From Gemmatales bacterium (lineage in GTDB: Bacteria > Planctomycetota > Planctomycetia > Gemmatales > Gemmataceae), in the NCBI GenBank assembly GCA_038230995.1, contig JBBRME010000001.1, positions 799 to 64,798 of the forward strand: a stretch of DNA of 64,000 nt, written 5' to 3'. The position numbers and the translations under genes were made by a program. The notes under the pieces were generated by a model. It searched no databases. It was not told the origin of the DNA and saw only the letters and a program-made list of their open reading frames with translations. Below are positions 1 to 9,218 of this stretch, one piece after another (position 1 is the stretch's first letter; every line of letters begins with the position of its first letter).

Positions 1-672
1 CGCTCGCATCCGCTCGGTGCTCAACGTCATCATGCAAAACGAGATACCTACATGGACGAGCAGATCGATGAACGGGCGAAGGGCGAGCCACTCGACGGGC
101 CAAGTGTGGGCCACAAAGTACGTCCACAAGCGAAGAAAGGCCTCACCGGTTTCCAGCAGGAACAGTGCGAACAGAAAACCACGGAACAACCAGTGCTGTA
201 GGTGATTCACCGGCCGTTGAGTTGCGCGAAAGGTTTCGATAAGCGACGCGAAGAGAAACAACATCTGGAATACGGCGAGCCAGCCGAGATAACACTGAAC
301 GGACTCCGAGTTGTGCTGGAAGAACAACGGAACAAAACCGAACAGCAACACCGGCGACAGGAACCAAATCTCGGATGTGACAATCGACTTGCCGGAGAAA
401 CACCGGCGTGTGCCGGCCCAAAGTAGGAAGCCGTAAACCGCTTCGCCATGCTCGGTGACGATGAGTGAAGCCGTCCGTAGTGCGGGCACATCCCAGCCGG
501 GTAGGAACTGTAGGCACCACTGCAAAATCTGGCACACCGCTAGCGCGACCCAGGCCCACGACCAGTAGACGATGTCGCGTGATCCCAACACCTGCACCAT
601 CGGGCGCTGGAGTGCGGCGAGGAACACGATGGCTGTCGTGTGCAACAAGAGAGCAAGTGCGGGCAAATCCAT
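1..672 (-). CDS. integral membrane protein of unknown function (C-terminus cut by window start)
   Basis: Absent from the ORF track because it has no stop inside the window. Manual minus-strand translation from ATG 672-670 stays open to base 1 (224 codons): MDLPALALLLHTTAIVFLAALQRPMVQVLG...WLAVFQMLFLFASLIETF...FLFALFLLETGEAF. It has several hydrophobic helices and is divergent from holA. Confidence 0.5.
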   Translation of the reverse strand, partial: MDLPALALLLHTTAIVFLAALQRPMVQVLGSRDIVYWSWAWVALAVCQILQWCLQFLPGWDVPALRTASLIVTEHGEAVYGFLLWAGTRRCFSGKSIVTSEIWFLSPVLLFGFVPLFFQHNSESVQCYLGWLAVFQMLFLFASLIETFRATQRPVNHLQHWLFRGFLFALFLLETGEAFLRLWTYFVAHTWPVEWLALRPFIDLLVHVGISFCMMTLSTERMRA

Positions 673-758
673 TGGGTGGGCGTCGCAGTAGATGTCCTAC
701 TTTATGTAGGATACATCTGTCCGATTCACAAAACCATTCAGAGTTTGTCGCCCCGACG

Positions 759-1769
759 ATGGACGCACTTGCTTATCTCGAACAACGCGAAAAAGCTCAA
801 CTTCGGCCTGTGTACGTGCTGCTGGGTGATGAGGACTTTCTTAAGCGACGCTGCCGTGAGGCTATCATCGCCAAAGCCGTGGGTGAACACGAAGCTGATT
901 TCGCTGTCACGTTTCAACAGGGCGAGCATCTCGATTTCAGCACGATCGTGAACGACCTTGATACCGTGGCCTTTCTCGCCCCGATGCGCGTAGTGGTCGT
1001 CGAGTCCGCGGATCCCTTCGTTACAGCCCACCGCGAACGCCTCGAACGCTACGTGGTAAAACCAAGCAAGCAGGGTGTGCTCGTTCTTGATGTGAAGACG
1101 TTCCCCGAAACTACGAAGTTGGCCAAGGCGTTGCCGGATGGGGCGAAGCTGGCGTGCAAGGCACCCGCCACCAACAAGCTGCCCGAGTGGTGCAGTAAAT
1201 GGGCCAAGCAACATCACGGTAAAGTGCTACCCAGCGAAGCGGCAGAAATGCTGGTGGAACTGGTCGGCCCGGCGATGGGGTTGCTGGACATGGAGTTAGG
1301 CAAGCTGGCCGTTGCCGTGGGTTCAGCGAACACACTCACAGTGGAGCAGATTCGCACCCATGTGACGAGATCCAGCGAAACCAACGTCTTCCACATCATG
1401 GATGCCATCGGCGATGGTAAACCGCAACTTGCCCTCACGCTGCTGCACCGGCTGATGCAGGACGGCGAAGCGGAGTTAGCCGTGCTGGGAGCACTCACGT
1501 ATCAGTTGCGGAAGCTCGCCGGGGTCAATCGGCAACTGAAACTCGGGCAAAGTCTTGGTCAGGCGATGGACACGGCAGGTGTGCCCAAGTGGCCGCAAGC
1601 CCGACAGAGTGCCGAGAAGCAACTGCGGGCACTGGGCCGAAGGCGGCTGGATCAACTGACCGATTGGTTGGTAGAAGTGAATCTCGGATTGAAGGGTGGC
1701 AACGCGCTGCCGATGCCGGTGCAACTGGAACGATTGATTGTCCGACTTGCTAGCCCACGGGCGGCGTGA
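759..1769 (+). CDS. holA: DNA polymerase III subunit delta
   Basis: ORF 465..1769. The delta-like N-terminus MDALAYLEQREKAQLRPVYVLLGDEDFLKRR begins at in-frame ATG 759. The preceding 98 codons are Arg/Pro-rich and look non-coding. Confidence 0.85.
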   Translation: MDALAYLEQREKAQLRPVYVLLGDEDFLKRRCREAIIAKAVGEHEADFAVTFQQGEHLDFSTIVNDLDTVAFLAPMRVVVVESADPFVTAHRERLERYVVKPSKQGVLVLDVKTFPETTKLAKALPDGAKLACKAPATNKLPEWCSKWAKQHHGKVLPSEAAEMLVELVGPAMGLLDMELGKLAVAVGSANTLTVEQIRTHVTRSSETNVFHIMDAIGDGKPQLALTLLHRLMQDGEAELAVLGALTYQLRKLAGVNRQLKLGQSLGQAMDTAGVPKWPQARQSAEKQLRALGRRRLDQLTDWLVEVNLGLKGGNALPMPVQLERLIVRLASPRAA

Positions 1770-2728
1770 CCAACGGAGAGAATCGCGTGCAAGTGGTTTT
1801 GTGCCCGCAATGCAACGTCGAGTTGGATCACGACGTGGAGGACGTGGGTTACCTCGTGGAGTGCCCGGCCTGCCTCAAGCAGTTCATTGCTGCGCACGAC
1901 GTGAGGGGTGAAACGCTAAAAAGCTTGGCGATGCCGGAGGTTGCTGCTGCAATTGTGGGACCTGATGTCACGGTCGTTGTTGGAGAGATCGCGACGACGC
2001 CAGCGAAGCCGATGCCCGAAACCGTTGACACCATCGAGATCGAATGCCACGTCTGTCAGGGGCAGGTGACGATAGAGAAGACCGACGTTGGCCACAAAGT
2101 CGAGTGCCCTCTCTGTCATCAAGTGTTTCTGGCCACGGCAAAGAAATGGGCAAAGCCACGTCGAGAAGCTGATGAAGACGACGAAGACTATTCCGATGAA
2201 GACGAAGATGAACGCAATTTGAGCAACCGAGAGTTGCGGGCACTCCGTCAAAAAGAACAGGACGACTTCAACCCGAAACGCATGCTCCGCAACGCCAAAG
2301 GTGACCTCGGCTCCGTGGCCGGTGCCATCACCGTGCTCGGCTGGATCGATATTGTTTGTGGGATCCTGTCGATCATTATTGGGATTCTTTTTCTGATCGC
2401 GGCGGTGAATACTCCGACGCCAGGAATGGGTATGGACACCTTGGCTTATCTGAACATCTTCCCTGGAATTGGTGGCACGCTTCTTGGTGCAGTAAAAGTC
2501 ATCGGTGGTGCAGCGATGAAGAATATTAAGAGTCGCAATATGGCCATCATGGGCTGCTGGGCAAGTGTGCTACCGCTCAACATTGGTGCGTGCTTGTCCT
2601 TCCTCATGTTCCCGGCGTACTTCGTCAGCCTCGTCTTTGGCATCATGGGCTTGGTGAACATCAACAAGCTAAGCGTGAAGAGAGCGTTCGAATTCAACAA
2701 GCCGGATGGCGACGTGGATACATTCTAA
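1766..2728 (+). CDS. double zinc-ribbon protein with acidic linker and C-terminal multi-pass membrane domain (hypothetical)
   Basis: Two CxxC...CxxC pairs (CPQC..CPAC and CHVC..CPLC). A D/E-rich linker (EADEDDEDYSDEDEDE) is followed by 3-4 hydrophobic helices. GTG 1766 overlaps the holA stop (GTGA). An alternative GTG at 1787 sits behind GGAGAG. Confidence 0.7.
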   Translation: MTNGENRVQVVLCPQCNVELDHDVEDVGYLVECPACLKQFIAAHDVRGETLKSLAMPEVAAAIVGPDVTVVVGEIATTPAKPMPETVDTIEIECHVCQGQVTIEKTDVGHKVECPLCHQVFLATAKKWAKPRREADEDDEDYSDEDEDERNLSNRELRALRQKEQDDFNPKRMLRNAKGDLGSVAGAITVLGWIDIVCGILSIIIGILFLIAAVNTPTPGMGMDTLAYLNIFPGIGGTLLGAVKVIGGAAMKNIKSRNMAIMGCWASVLPLNIGACLSFLMFPAYFVSLVFGIMGLVNINKLSVKRAFEFNKPDGDVDTF

Positions 2729-3501
2729 AATTGCGGGAACTGCGTGACCGCGAGCTTCGCCACGGGGTCGTATTCCGGGGCGAAGAGCAACTCCACAAAG
2801 GCCGTGGTGCTCAGCTTCGCCGTCATCGCCAGTACCTCGCCGCGGGCAATCCCGTCGATGAACCCACGCAGTGGACGTTTCTTCGGGTCGAGGTTGGTCA
2901 GGCGGATTTCCGAGTTGCCCGGCAAGACTGCGGGCCGCCAGAACGCAGGCAGCAACACGTTTGATCCTGCCAGCGTGAGCAGGTTGGCATTAAACGGCAG
3001 CGGGCTGGCTCCCATGGCTCTGGCGTAGCTGGTGGAACCCGCCGCACTGGCCACAAGCAAGCCGTCCGCCACCAAGCGAGGCATGCGAATCTCGTCATTG
3101 ATCTTCACTTCGATCCACGCCGTCTGGCCGGTCTCGCGCTCGATCCAGCAATCGTTGAATGCCATATCCTGGTGCGTTTGACCACCGGGTAGCAGCGTCT
3201 GCACGTCTAACAGTGGCAAGCGGTATTTGCGCAAATCCCGACCCCAGAACGGCAACTGCACGTCGTTCAACAAGAAGCCGAGGTGCCCGGTGTTCAGTCC
3301 GTAAAAGGGTAGGCCATCGCTCCAGTGCTGGCGGATAGCCCGCAGCATGGTGCCATCGCCACCGATGACAACGATGATGTCCGGGTTGTTGGATTCCAAC
3401 GGTGCGAGTTGATGAGCCAGCTCCACCGCTTCGGTTTTGTCGCGGTCGAAGTAAATGCGCAGCCGGGGCTTGGTCAACTGGATAATCTTTGGTTCGCTCA
3501 T
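2725..3501 (-). CDS. nadK: NAD(+) kinase
   Basis: ORF 2725..3708 carries the GGDGT motif (VVIGGDGTMLRA) and NTGHLGFL. The likely start is MSEPKII at 3501; the upstream codons are implausible. Confidence 0.9.
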   Translation of the reverse strand: MSEPKIIQLTKPRLRIYFDRDKTEAVELAHQLAPLESNNPDIIVVIGGDGTMLRAIRQHWSDGLPFYGLNTGHLGFLLNDVQLPFWGRDLRKYRLPLLDVQTLLPGGQTHQDMAFNDCWIERETGQTAWIEVKINDEIRMPRLVADGLLVASAAGSTSYARAMGASPLPFNANLLTLAGSNVLLPAFWRPAVLPGNSEIRLTNLDPKKRPLRGFIDGIARGEVLAMTAKLSTTAFVELLFAPEYDPVAKLAVTQFPQF

Positions 3502-3592
3502 GGCCCGCCCGCCTACGATAACCGTTGGCCATCTTATGCTGGCCCAGCGGAGTTGCGATTCATCCGCTCCATCAAATCCAGGAGGAACGAGA

Positions 3593-4372
3593 ATGTTACG
3601 TGGGTTATCGGTGTTCGGCATGATGTTGTTTGCAGGGCTGGCAACAGCTGAAGTAAAGACCAAGAAAGTGGAATACAAGTTCGATGGCGTCACGTTCATC
3701 GGCCACATTTACTACGACGACGCCAGCAAGGACAAGCGCCCCGGTGTGCTCGTGGTGCATGAATGGTGGGGGTTGGACGACTACGCCAAGATGCGGGCCG
3801 AAATGCTGGCGAAGATGGGTTACGTGGCATTTGCCTGTGACATGTACGGCGATGGCAAAGTAGCGGAGCACCCGAAGGAAGCCGGTGAAATGGCCGGGCT
3901 GGCACGCAAGAATCAGGACGTGTGGCGTGGCCGGGCCAAGGCAGCACTGAAGGAACTCACTTCGTTCGAGTACACCGACGGCACTCGCCTCGCGGGCATC
4001 GGCTACTGCTTCGGTGGCACCACCTGCTTGCAACTTGCCGCTACCGGGGCCGACCTGAAAGCCGTGGTCACGTTCCACTCAGCCTTGCCGAAGTTGAAGG
4101 ACGAAGACGCCAAGGCAATCAAAGCCAAGGTGCAGATCAATCACGGGGCCGAGGATAAGTTCATCTCTGCCGACACCATCACAGCGTTCAAGAAGTCGAT
4201 GGAAACCGGCAAGGTGAGCCTCGACTTCAACGAGTACCCATCAGCCGTACATAGCTTCACCGTGAAGGGGGCTGATGAGCGCAAGCTCGACGGCATGAAG
4301 TACGACAAGGACGCGGACGAGAAGAGCTGGAAGGCCATGAAGACCTTGTTCGACGATGTGTTCAAGAAGTAA
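3593..4372 (+). CDS. dienelactone hydrolase family protein, secreted
   Basis: ATG 3593 is preceded by AGGAGGA. Signal peptide MLRGLSVFGMMLFAGLATA. DLH-like segments GVLVVHEWWGLDDY, GYCFGG and HGAED. Confidence 0.85.
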   Translation: MLRGLSVFGMMLFAGLATAEVKTKKVEYKFDGVTFIGHIYYDDASKDKRPGVLVVHEWWGLDDYAKMRAEMLAKMGYVAFACDMYGDGKVAEHPKEAGEMAGLARKNQDVWRGRAKAALKELTSFEYTDGTRLAGIGYCFGGTTCLQLAATGADLKAVVTFHSALPKLKDEDAKAIKAKVQINHGAEDKFISADTITAFKKSMETGKVSLDFNEYPSAVHSFTVKGADERKLDGMKYDKDADEKSWKAMKTLFDDVFKK

Positions 4373-4733
4373 CTGAAACACCTTTGGCCCACGTTGCCAG
4401 TTCGGCTTCCAACAGTGAAACGAACTGGCTGCGGGGCATCACGCGATCCAGCCCAGCAGCCCTAGCAACTTTGAGTGTCTCCACATCGACATGCGAGCCG
4501 AAGCCGTACAGCAAAGCAGTGGGTGCTTTTATCCGCAGTTCAGTAACCAGTTCGACGATCTTCAACTCCGGGTTGTGCAGGTCGATCAGTACACACCCGG
4601 TGGTGCCATCCACCTTGGAGAGTAACGCCGTCGGGGTGCGTGCGGCCGTCGCTGCTAAAGCGTGCGCTCGCGCCGTGGCGGTGATCTTGCTGGTGAAGAT
4701 GAGGTCGTCGCAGAGAATCAGAATCTGGTTCAT
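4362..4733 (-). CDS. single-domain response-regulator receiver-like protein
   Basis: CheY-like layout: ILILCDD at beta1, CVLIDL as candidate phospho-Asp, GFGSH. No output domain. Convergent with the hydrolase gene, with an 11-nt overlap. Confidence 0.65.
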   Translation of the reverse strand: MNQILILCDDLIFTSKITATARAHALAATAARTPTALLSKVDGTTGCVLIDLHNPELKIVELVTELRIKAPTALLYGFGSHVDVETLKVARAAGLDRVMPRSQFVSLLEAELATWAKGVSVTS

Positions 4734-5004
4734 GCGTTGATTTTATGTGAACCGGCGACGTCAGTCGCTGGGCGTTCGCTCTCGATATTTTGTTAGAGCA
4801 GTCTACATGGTGCAGCAGAACCCCAACCCCGTTAGCCGGACGCGCAAGCGACGGCCCAACCAGTCCAACGTGTCAGCCTGTCGAGTAGACTGCACTAAAG
4901 GCAACACGCTCAGCTTAGCATCGCGGCTACAAAATCTGTCCATCGCTGTCGCATCGTGCTAACAATAAACGTCCGATACCTTCAGTATCCTCTGCCACGG
5001 CATT

Positions 5005-5670
5005 TTGATGATTCATATCACGGATACTTTCTGGGCATTGGAAACCGGCTTGACACACAACACTATCAATGCTTTGTTTCGAGAGTTGATGACGACTTCT
5101 GCGGGGTTGGACGTGAACATCAGTATTTATCAGCAGCGATGCGTCGAAACCCGACTGTTCGATTTTCAATCTGGCTCATCACTTGTGCCGTGGGAAAGCG
5201 TTGACGATGCTGTGATGGGTGGCTGTTCGCAAGGGCGGATGATACCAACCGATCAGGGACATGTTTGCTTCACGGGCATCATTCGTTTGGAGAACAACGG
5301 CGGGTTCTGTTCGATCCAGTCGCCGTTGCTGAAGACATGTCTCCATGGATATGGGGGGATCAAGCTACGCGTTCGTGGCGACGGGCAAACCTATTCGCTC
5401 GGCTTGCATCAACGCCACATGTTTGCTGGTACTTCGTATCGTTGTCGATTCGAGACGATTCCCTTGCAGTGGATGGAGGTCGTGCTACCCTTCCATCAGT
5501 TCGTGTTGATGCGTTTTGGCCAGCGGGCTGGTGTATCGCCGGTGTGTCCGCGGAACATCACACAACTCTCGCTGCTCTGCAGTGACAAGCAAGCAGGGCC
5601 GTTTACGCTGGAATTGGCCCATGTTTCTGCATGGCGGCCTACTGAATCAGGGGATGAGCATCATGCCTGA
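5005..5670 (+). CDS. CIA30 (complex I intermediate-associated protein 30) domain protein
   Basis: WESVDDAVMGGCSQG...ENNGGFCSIQS...IKLRVRGDGQTYSL matches the CIA30 family signature. The start is uncertain: TTG 5005, ATG 5008, or MTTSAG at 5089. Confidence 0.75.
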   Translation: MMIHITDTFWALETGLTHNTINALFRELMTTSAGLDVNISIYQQRCVETRLFDFQSGSSLVPWESVDDAVMGGCSQGRMIPTDQGHVCFTGIIRLENNGGFCSIQSPLLKTCLHGYGGIKLRVRGDGQTYSLGLHQRHMFAGTSYRCRFETIPLQWMEVVLPFHQFVLMRFGQRAGVSPVCPRNITQLSLLCSDKQAGPFTLELAHVSAWRPTESGDEHHA

Positions 5671-5983
5671 ACCGGCCACGCTCCCACGACCAGAAATTCG
5701 CACGATACTCCGCAAGCAACCGCTGTACGTTGTGGTGTTGCACAACGATGATGACACGTCAATGCCTTGGGTGGTGTTGGTGCTTCGCAAAGTCTTCGGA
5801 TACGACGAAACCAAGTGCGTCCAGCACATGATGGAAGCCCACGAAACTGGCCGAAGCGTTGTCTGGACCGGCACGTTGGAACTCGCGGAACTGAAAGCGG
5901 ATCAAATAATCGGTTGTGGCATCGAGCCGGGCAATACCAAGTCGAAGGAACCGATTCGCGTGACCGTGGAACCGACGGAGTAA
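5663..5983 (+). CDS. clpS: ATP-dependent Clp protease adaptor ClpS
   Basis: ORF 5516..5983. The ClpS core is PLYVVVLHNDDDTSMPWVVLVLRKVFGYDETKCVQHMMEAHETGRSVVW. The start is at ATG 5663 (or 5654) and overlaps the end of the CIA30 gene. Confidence 0.85.
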   Translation: MPEPATLPRPEIRTILRKQPLYVVVLHNDDDTSMPWVVLVLRKVFGYDETKCVQHMMEAHETGRSVVWTGTLELAELKADQIIGCGIEPGNTKSKEPIRVTVEPTE

Positions 5984-5989
5984 TCAAGT

Positions 5990-6832
5990 ATGATCCGTCG
6001 TTGGCCAAGTGCCGTGGTTGCCGTGCTATTGTTGCTGCTCACCGCGTTCATCTTGTTTCCTGTCATCCAACGTCAACGGTTGGCATCCAACAAAGTTGAG
6101 GCGCTCAACCACATCCGTACACTCGGTGCTTTCGCACATCTCTATTCCCAAGCTAAGGGCCAACCCGACGACATGACTCCTGTCGTCATCCCGCCCGGCA
6201 CGATCTTCAACGCGGAACTCAAGCCCGATGAGCGCCTGAGCTGGGTTGCCTCGATGTTGCCGTTTCTGGACAAGAAGTACGACGACCCGGCCAAGTGGAA
6301 GGCGCAGCTCGACCCGAAGCTTCCATGGAACCAAGGCAGCAATGTGGATGTTGGCTTTGAAAAACTGCGCATCGTGCTTCTGCCCGGTGCCACGGCCACA
6401 TGGCCAGTTGGTGTGTCGGCCCCCACGCAAATTGTTGGTCTCACCGGGTTGGGGCCAGAGTCGCCATTGATGGATCTTTCTATGGGTGTACCGCCACGGG
6501 CGGGTTGCTTCCGGTACGATGCAGCAACACCCCTCAAGCTCATCCGCGATGGTGACGGCACCAGCAACACGATCCTGTTCATGGATGTCTCTAGTGATGT
6601 CGGTCCGTGGATACGCGGCGGCACAAGTACCTTGCGTTGGTTGGATGATGCGGAAGGTGCGAAGCCGTACCTAGGTTATGGTGGCCAGTTCGGTGGGAAC
6701 TACCCAAATGCCACGTTGATCGGTAAGGCCGACGGCTCCGGCGAGTTCCGCCGCAACAACACCGAGGCTGCCATCCTGCGAGCGATGGCCACCATCGCCG
6801 GGGGCGATGGATTGGGGAAGTTTGTGGAGTGA
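5990..6832 (+). CDS. DUF1559-like (H-X9-DG) pseudopilin-related protein
   Basis: An N-terminal hydrophobic helix is followed by LFPVIQRQRLASNKVEALNHIRTLGAFAHLY, then a DGTSNTILF motif near the C-terminal third. The canonical G/FTLIE prepilin cleavage motif is missing. Confidence 0.7.
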   Translation: MIRRWPSAVVAVLLLLLTAFILFPVIQRQRLASNKVEALNHIRTLGAFAHLYSQAKGQPDDMTPVVIPPGTIFNAELKPDERLSWVASMLPFLDKKYDDPAKWKAQLDPKLPWNQGSNVDVGFEKLRIVLLPGATATWPVGVSAPTQIVGLTGLGPESPLMDLSMGVPPRAGCFRYDAATPLKLIRDGDGTSNTILFMDVSSDVGPWIRGGTSTLRWLDDAEGAKPYLGYGGQFGGNYPNATLIGKADGSGEFRRNNTEAAILRAMATIAGGDGLGKFVE

Positions 6833-6853
6833 GTTGGTTTTGTCTCAGGCGAT

Positions 6854-6977
6854 TCGAGCCTGCTTGCGTCAGCAGCAGGAGTTAGATGTTCATTTCTCCT
6901 GCCGCTCACGAGAGCAGGCTCAATTCCCCTCACCCGGCCTTCGGCCACCCTCTCCCCGTAAACGGGGCGAGGGAGTG
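6854..6977. repeat. REP cluster: family-B inverted pair plus family-A unit (left arm of the inverted repeat flanking the DUF1501 gene)
   Basis: TCGAGCCTGCTTGCGTCAGCAGCAGGAG (6854-6881) faces CTCCTGCCGCTCACGAGAGCAGGCTCAA (6896-6922). This is followed by CCCTCACCCGGCCTTCGGCCACCCTCTCCCCGTAAACGGGGCGAGGGAGTG (to 6977). Confidence 0.85.
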
Positions 6978-6984
6978 AAATGCA

Positions 6985-8307
6985 CTACACAAACAAACTC
7001 TTCAAGGCCTCGCCCTCGGTCATGGCCATCGGTCGGCCTGTACGGTCATTCACGGTCTGGTGCGGATCGTGCCCCAAGGCATGATAAATCGTGGCGGTGA
7101 TATCCGCCGGGCTGGTCGGTTTCTCTAGGGGATACGCACCGATTTTGTCGCTGCTGCCGTAGACTTGCCCACCGCGGATGCCGCCACCGGCCAGCACCGC
7201 GCTGTAGCACTTGGCATGGTGTTCCCGGCCGGTGCCGTTGGAAATTTTGGGTGACCGCCCGAACTCGCCAATCCACACCACGAGCGTTTCTTCCAGCAAC
7301 CCGCGATCATCAAGGTCATCGAGCAGTGCAGAGAATCCCGCATCGGCTGGTGGCATCAAGCGGTTCTTCAGGCCGTTGAAGTTATCGCCGTGTGTGTCCC
7401 AGAAGTTCGCGTAGTCGTTCGGCCAGTTGACGGTGACCAGACGAGTGCCAGCTTCGACCAACCTGCGGGCCATCAGGCAGCACTGCCCGTGTGTGGATCG
7501 ACCGTAGCGATCCCGCGTAGCCGAGGATTCCAGATTGAGGTCGAAAGCCCGCTCCACACCCGCACCGGCCAGCATCGACATGGCTTTGGCTTGCGATGCC
7601 GAGAAGTCCGCTGGCCCGCGTTTGTCCAGTTGCTTCAACAGGGCCGTTCGACCGGTGAGATTGTCGCCGACATGCAGGCCGTTCACTTGGAAGCCGGGTT
7701 GGTTCGGATCGCTGTTCACGAGGAACGGATCGAAACCCGAACCAAGCCAACCGCCGTGTTGGCCGGGTGCCACACCACCGGGGGCCGCCGGGTGCGACAC
7801 CACCCACGGGATACTCACCGAAGTCGGCATGGATTGATTACGTTTGGAAATATGATCGAGCATCGACCCCAAGTGCGGGGTGTCTTGCCGGCTCGGAGCA
7901 TCGGCATCGGAGTTCACCCGTGGGGCCAGCCGACCGGTTTGCAGGTGATGAACACTGCTGAGGTGGGCCACATCAGTGTGGGTCATCGAGCGCACGATGG
8001 CATAGCGATGTGCCTGTTTGCTGAGCTTGGGGAAGTGCTCGCTGATCTGGATGCCGGGCACGGTGGTACTGATCGGCTTGAATTCACCGCGAACGCTGGA
8101 GGGTGCATTTGGCTTCGGATCCCATGTATCAATGTGGCTCGGCCCACCCCATTGAAACAGAAGGATGCAAGCCTTGGCTTTGGGGGCTGCTAAGGTCGGG
8201 TTTGCAAGTAGCTTCGGTAGGCCAAGACCCACTAGGCTGATCGCCCCGGCTTGCAATAATGCACGTCGATGCAATGACGGCCCGGGGCACGGAGCAGATA
8301 CAAACAT
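6985..8307 (-). CDS. DUF1501 domain protein (sulfatase-like), Tat signal
   Basis: RRALLQAGAISLVGLG twin-arginine signal. WGGPSHIDTWDPKP, GEFGRSP and GREHH blocks are typical of planctomycetal DUF1501. Confidence 0.9.
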   Translation of the reverse strand: MFVSAPCPGPSLHRRALLQAGAISLVGLGLPKLLANPTLAAPKAKACILLFQWGGPSHIDTWDPKPNAPSSVRGEFKPISTTVPGIQISEHFPKLSKQAHRYAIVRSMTHTDVAHLSSVHHLQTGRLAPRVNSDADAPSRQDTPHLGSMLDHISKRNQSMPTSVSIPWVVSHPAAPGGVAPGQHGGWLGSGFDPFLVNSDPNQPGFQVNGLHVGDNLTGRTALLKQLDKRGPADFSASQAKAMSMLAGAGVERAFDLNLESSATRDRYGRSTHGQCCLMARRLVEAGTRLVTVNWPNDYANFWDTHGDNFNGLKNRLMPPADAGFSALLDDLDDRGLLEETLVVWIGEFGRSPKISNGTGREHHAKCYSAVLAGGGIRGGQVYGSSDKIGAYPLEKPTSPADITATIYHALGHDPHQTVNDRTGRPMAMTEGEALKSLFV

Positions 8308-8451
8308 TGAGAACGCACCAATCGGTGTTGGCTAGGCGATGGAACGCCGAGCCGGTAGGTGCTGAAAGGGTAGTGTGTAACGCCGAGGTGTGCAACCGTA
8401 ATGTGGAGCTTGGCGAACCGGCGACGTGAGTCGTCGGGTTAATTTGATTTG

Positions 8452-8606
8452 CACTCCCTCGCCCCGTTTGACGGGGAGAGGGTGGCCGAAGGCCGGGTGA
8501 GGGGGATTGAGCCTGCTCGCGTCAGCGGCAGGAGTTGCAAACCAAGACCCCTCACCCGCTTGATGCTCAACGCATCAAGCGACCTCTCCCCGTAAACGGG
8601 GCGAAG
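8452..8606. repeat. REP cluster: family-A (inverted) + family-B + family-A' units (right arm of the inverted repeat)
   Basis: 8452-8534 is the reverse complement of 6896-6977 with only a few mismatches. 8548-8606 is a variant A unit (CCCCTCACCCGCTTGATGCTCAACGCATCAAGCGACCTCTCCCCGTAAACGGGGCGAAG). Confidence 0.85.
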
Positions 8607-8629
8607 TGTTTGGCGACCCGCTGATCGCA

Positions 8630-9082
8630 TTACAAATACTTCACACAAACCGCTCCACCGAGGATCATCACCACACCTAGCAATCGGCCCCAAGTAATGC
8701 TCTGCACTTGTATGCCAAACCAACCAAAATGATCAATCAACATCGACAATAACAGTTGCCCAGCCACCACGGCACTGATGAAGGCTGCCGCACCGATCTT
8801 CGGCGTCAGCATCGCGCCGGACAGCACGATGAGCGCCCCCAATGGCCCGCCAATCCAGTTCCACCATTGCGTGGTACGAATCTGCTCCATCGTAGGCACT
8901 GGTGGACGGATAATGATGAGAGCTAGCACGGCACACAAAATCGTCCCGCAGATGCTGAAGAAGACAGCAAAGGTGGGGTTATCCAGATTTTGCCGGAAGC
9001 GCCCGTTCACCGTGGCTTGCAGTGCGATACAGCACCCCGTGACGGCCGCACAAAACAGGTAAACCAGCGTCGTTCTGTCCAT
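8630..9082 (-). CDS. DMT-superfamily small membrane protein (DUF606/YdcZ-like)
   Basis: Five hydrophobic helices. ALQATVNGRF...WWNWIGGPLGALIV...GQLLLSMLIDHFGWFG is the DUF606 pattern. Start chosen at MDRTT (9082). Confidence 0.8.
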   Translation of the reverse strand: MDRTTLVYLFCAAVTGCCIALQATVNGRFRQNLDNPTFAVFFSICGTILCAVLALIIIRPPVPTMEQIRTTQWWNWIGGPLGALIVLSGAMLTPKIGAAAFISAVVAGQLLLSMLIDHFGWFGIQVQSITWGRLLGVVMILGGAVCVKYL

Positions 9083-9218
9083 GCGAATCATCCTACAAGG
9101 TGTCCGGCTTTGACGGTTCGGCAACAGTGAAGAACGGTCGGTCTCAGGTCAAATCAGTGCTTTCTCATGATTGGTCGATTAGACTATAAGCCATCGAGAC
9201 CTTTGGGATTATGCCGTC

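Noticed and set aside
465-758. N-terminal 98-codon extension of holA (and similar extensions: 30887-31183 on the helicase, 44733-45053 on rlmI, 55208-55369 on nadB, 3502-3708 on nadK)
   Set aside because: The extensions are Arg/Pro/Gly-rich, typical of out-of-context GC-rich DNA. Family-typical N-termini begin at the internal ATGs, several with an SD. Some extensions overlap divergent genes.
4747-4962. 71-aa ORF in the 270-nt gap between the receiver gene and the CIA30 gene; contains the motif AACCGGCGACGTCAGTCGCTGGG, also seen at 8416-8438
   Set aside because: The translation is Arg/Ser-rich with no SD. The shared 20-nt motif suggests yet another short dispersed repeat or promoter-region element rather than a gene. 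There is too little evidence to call either.
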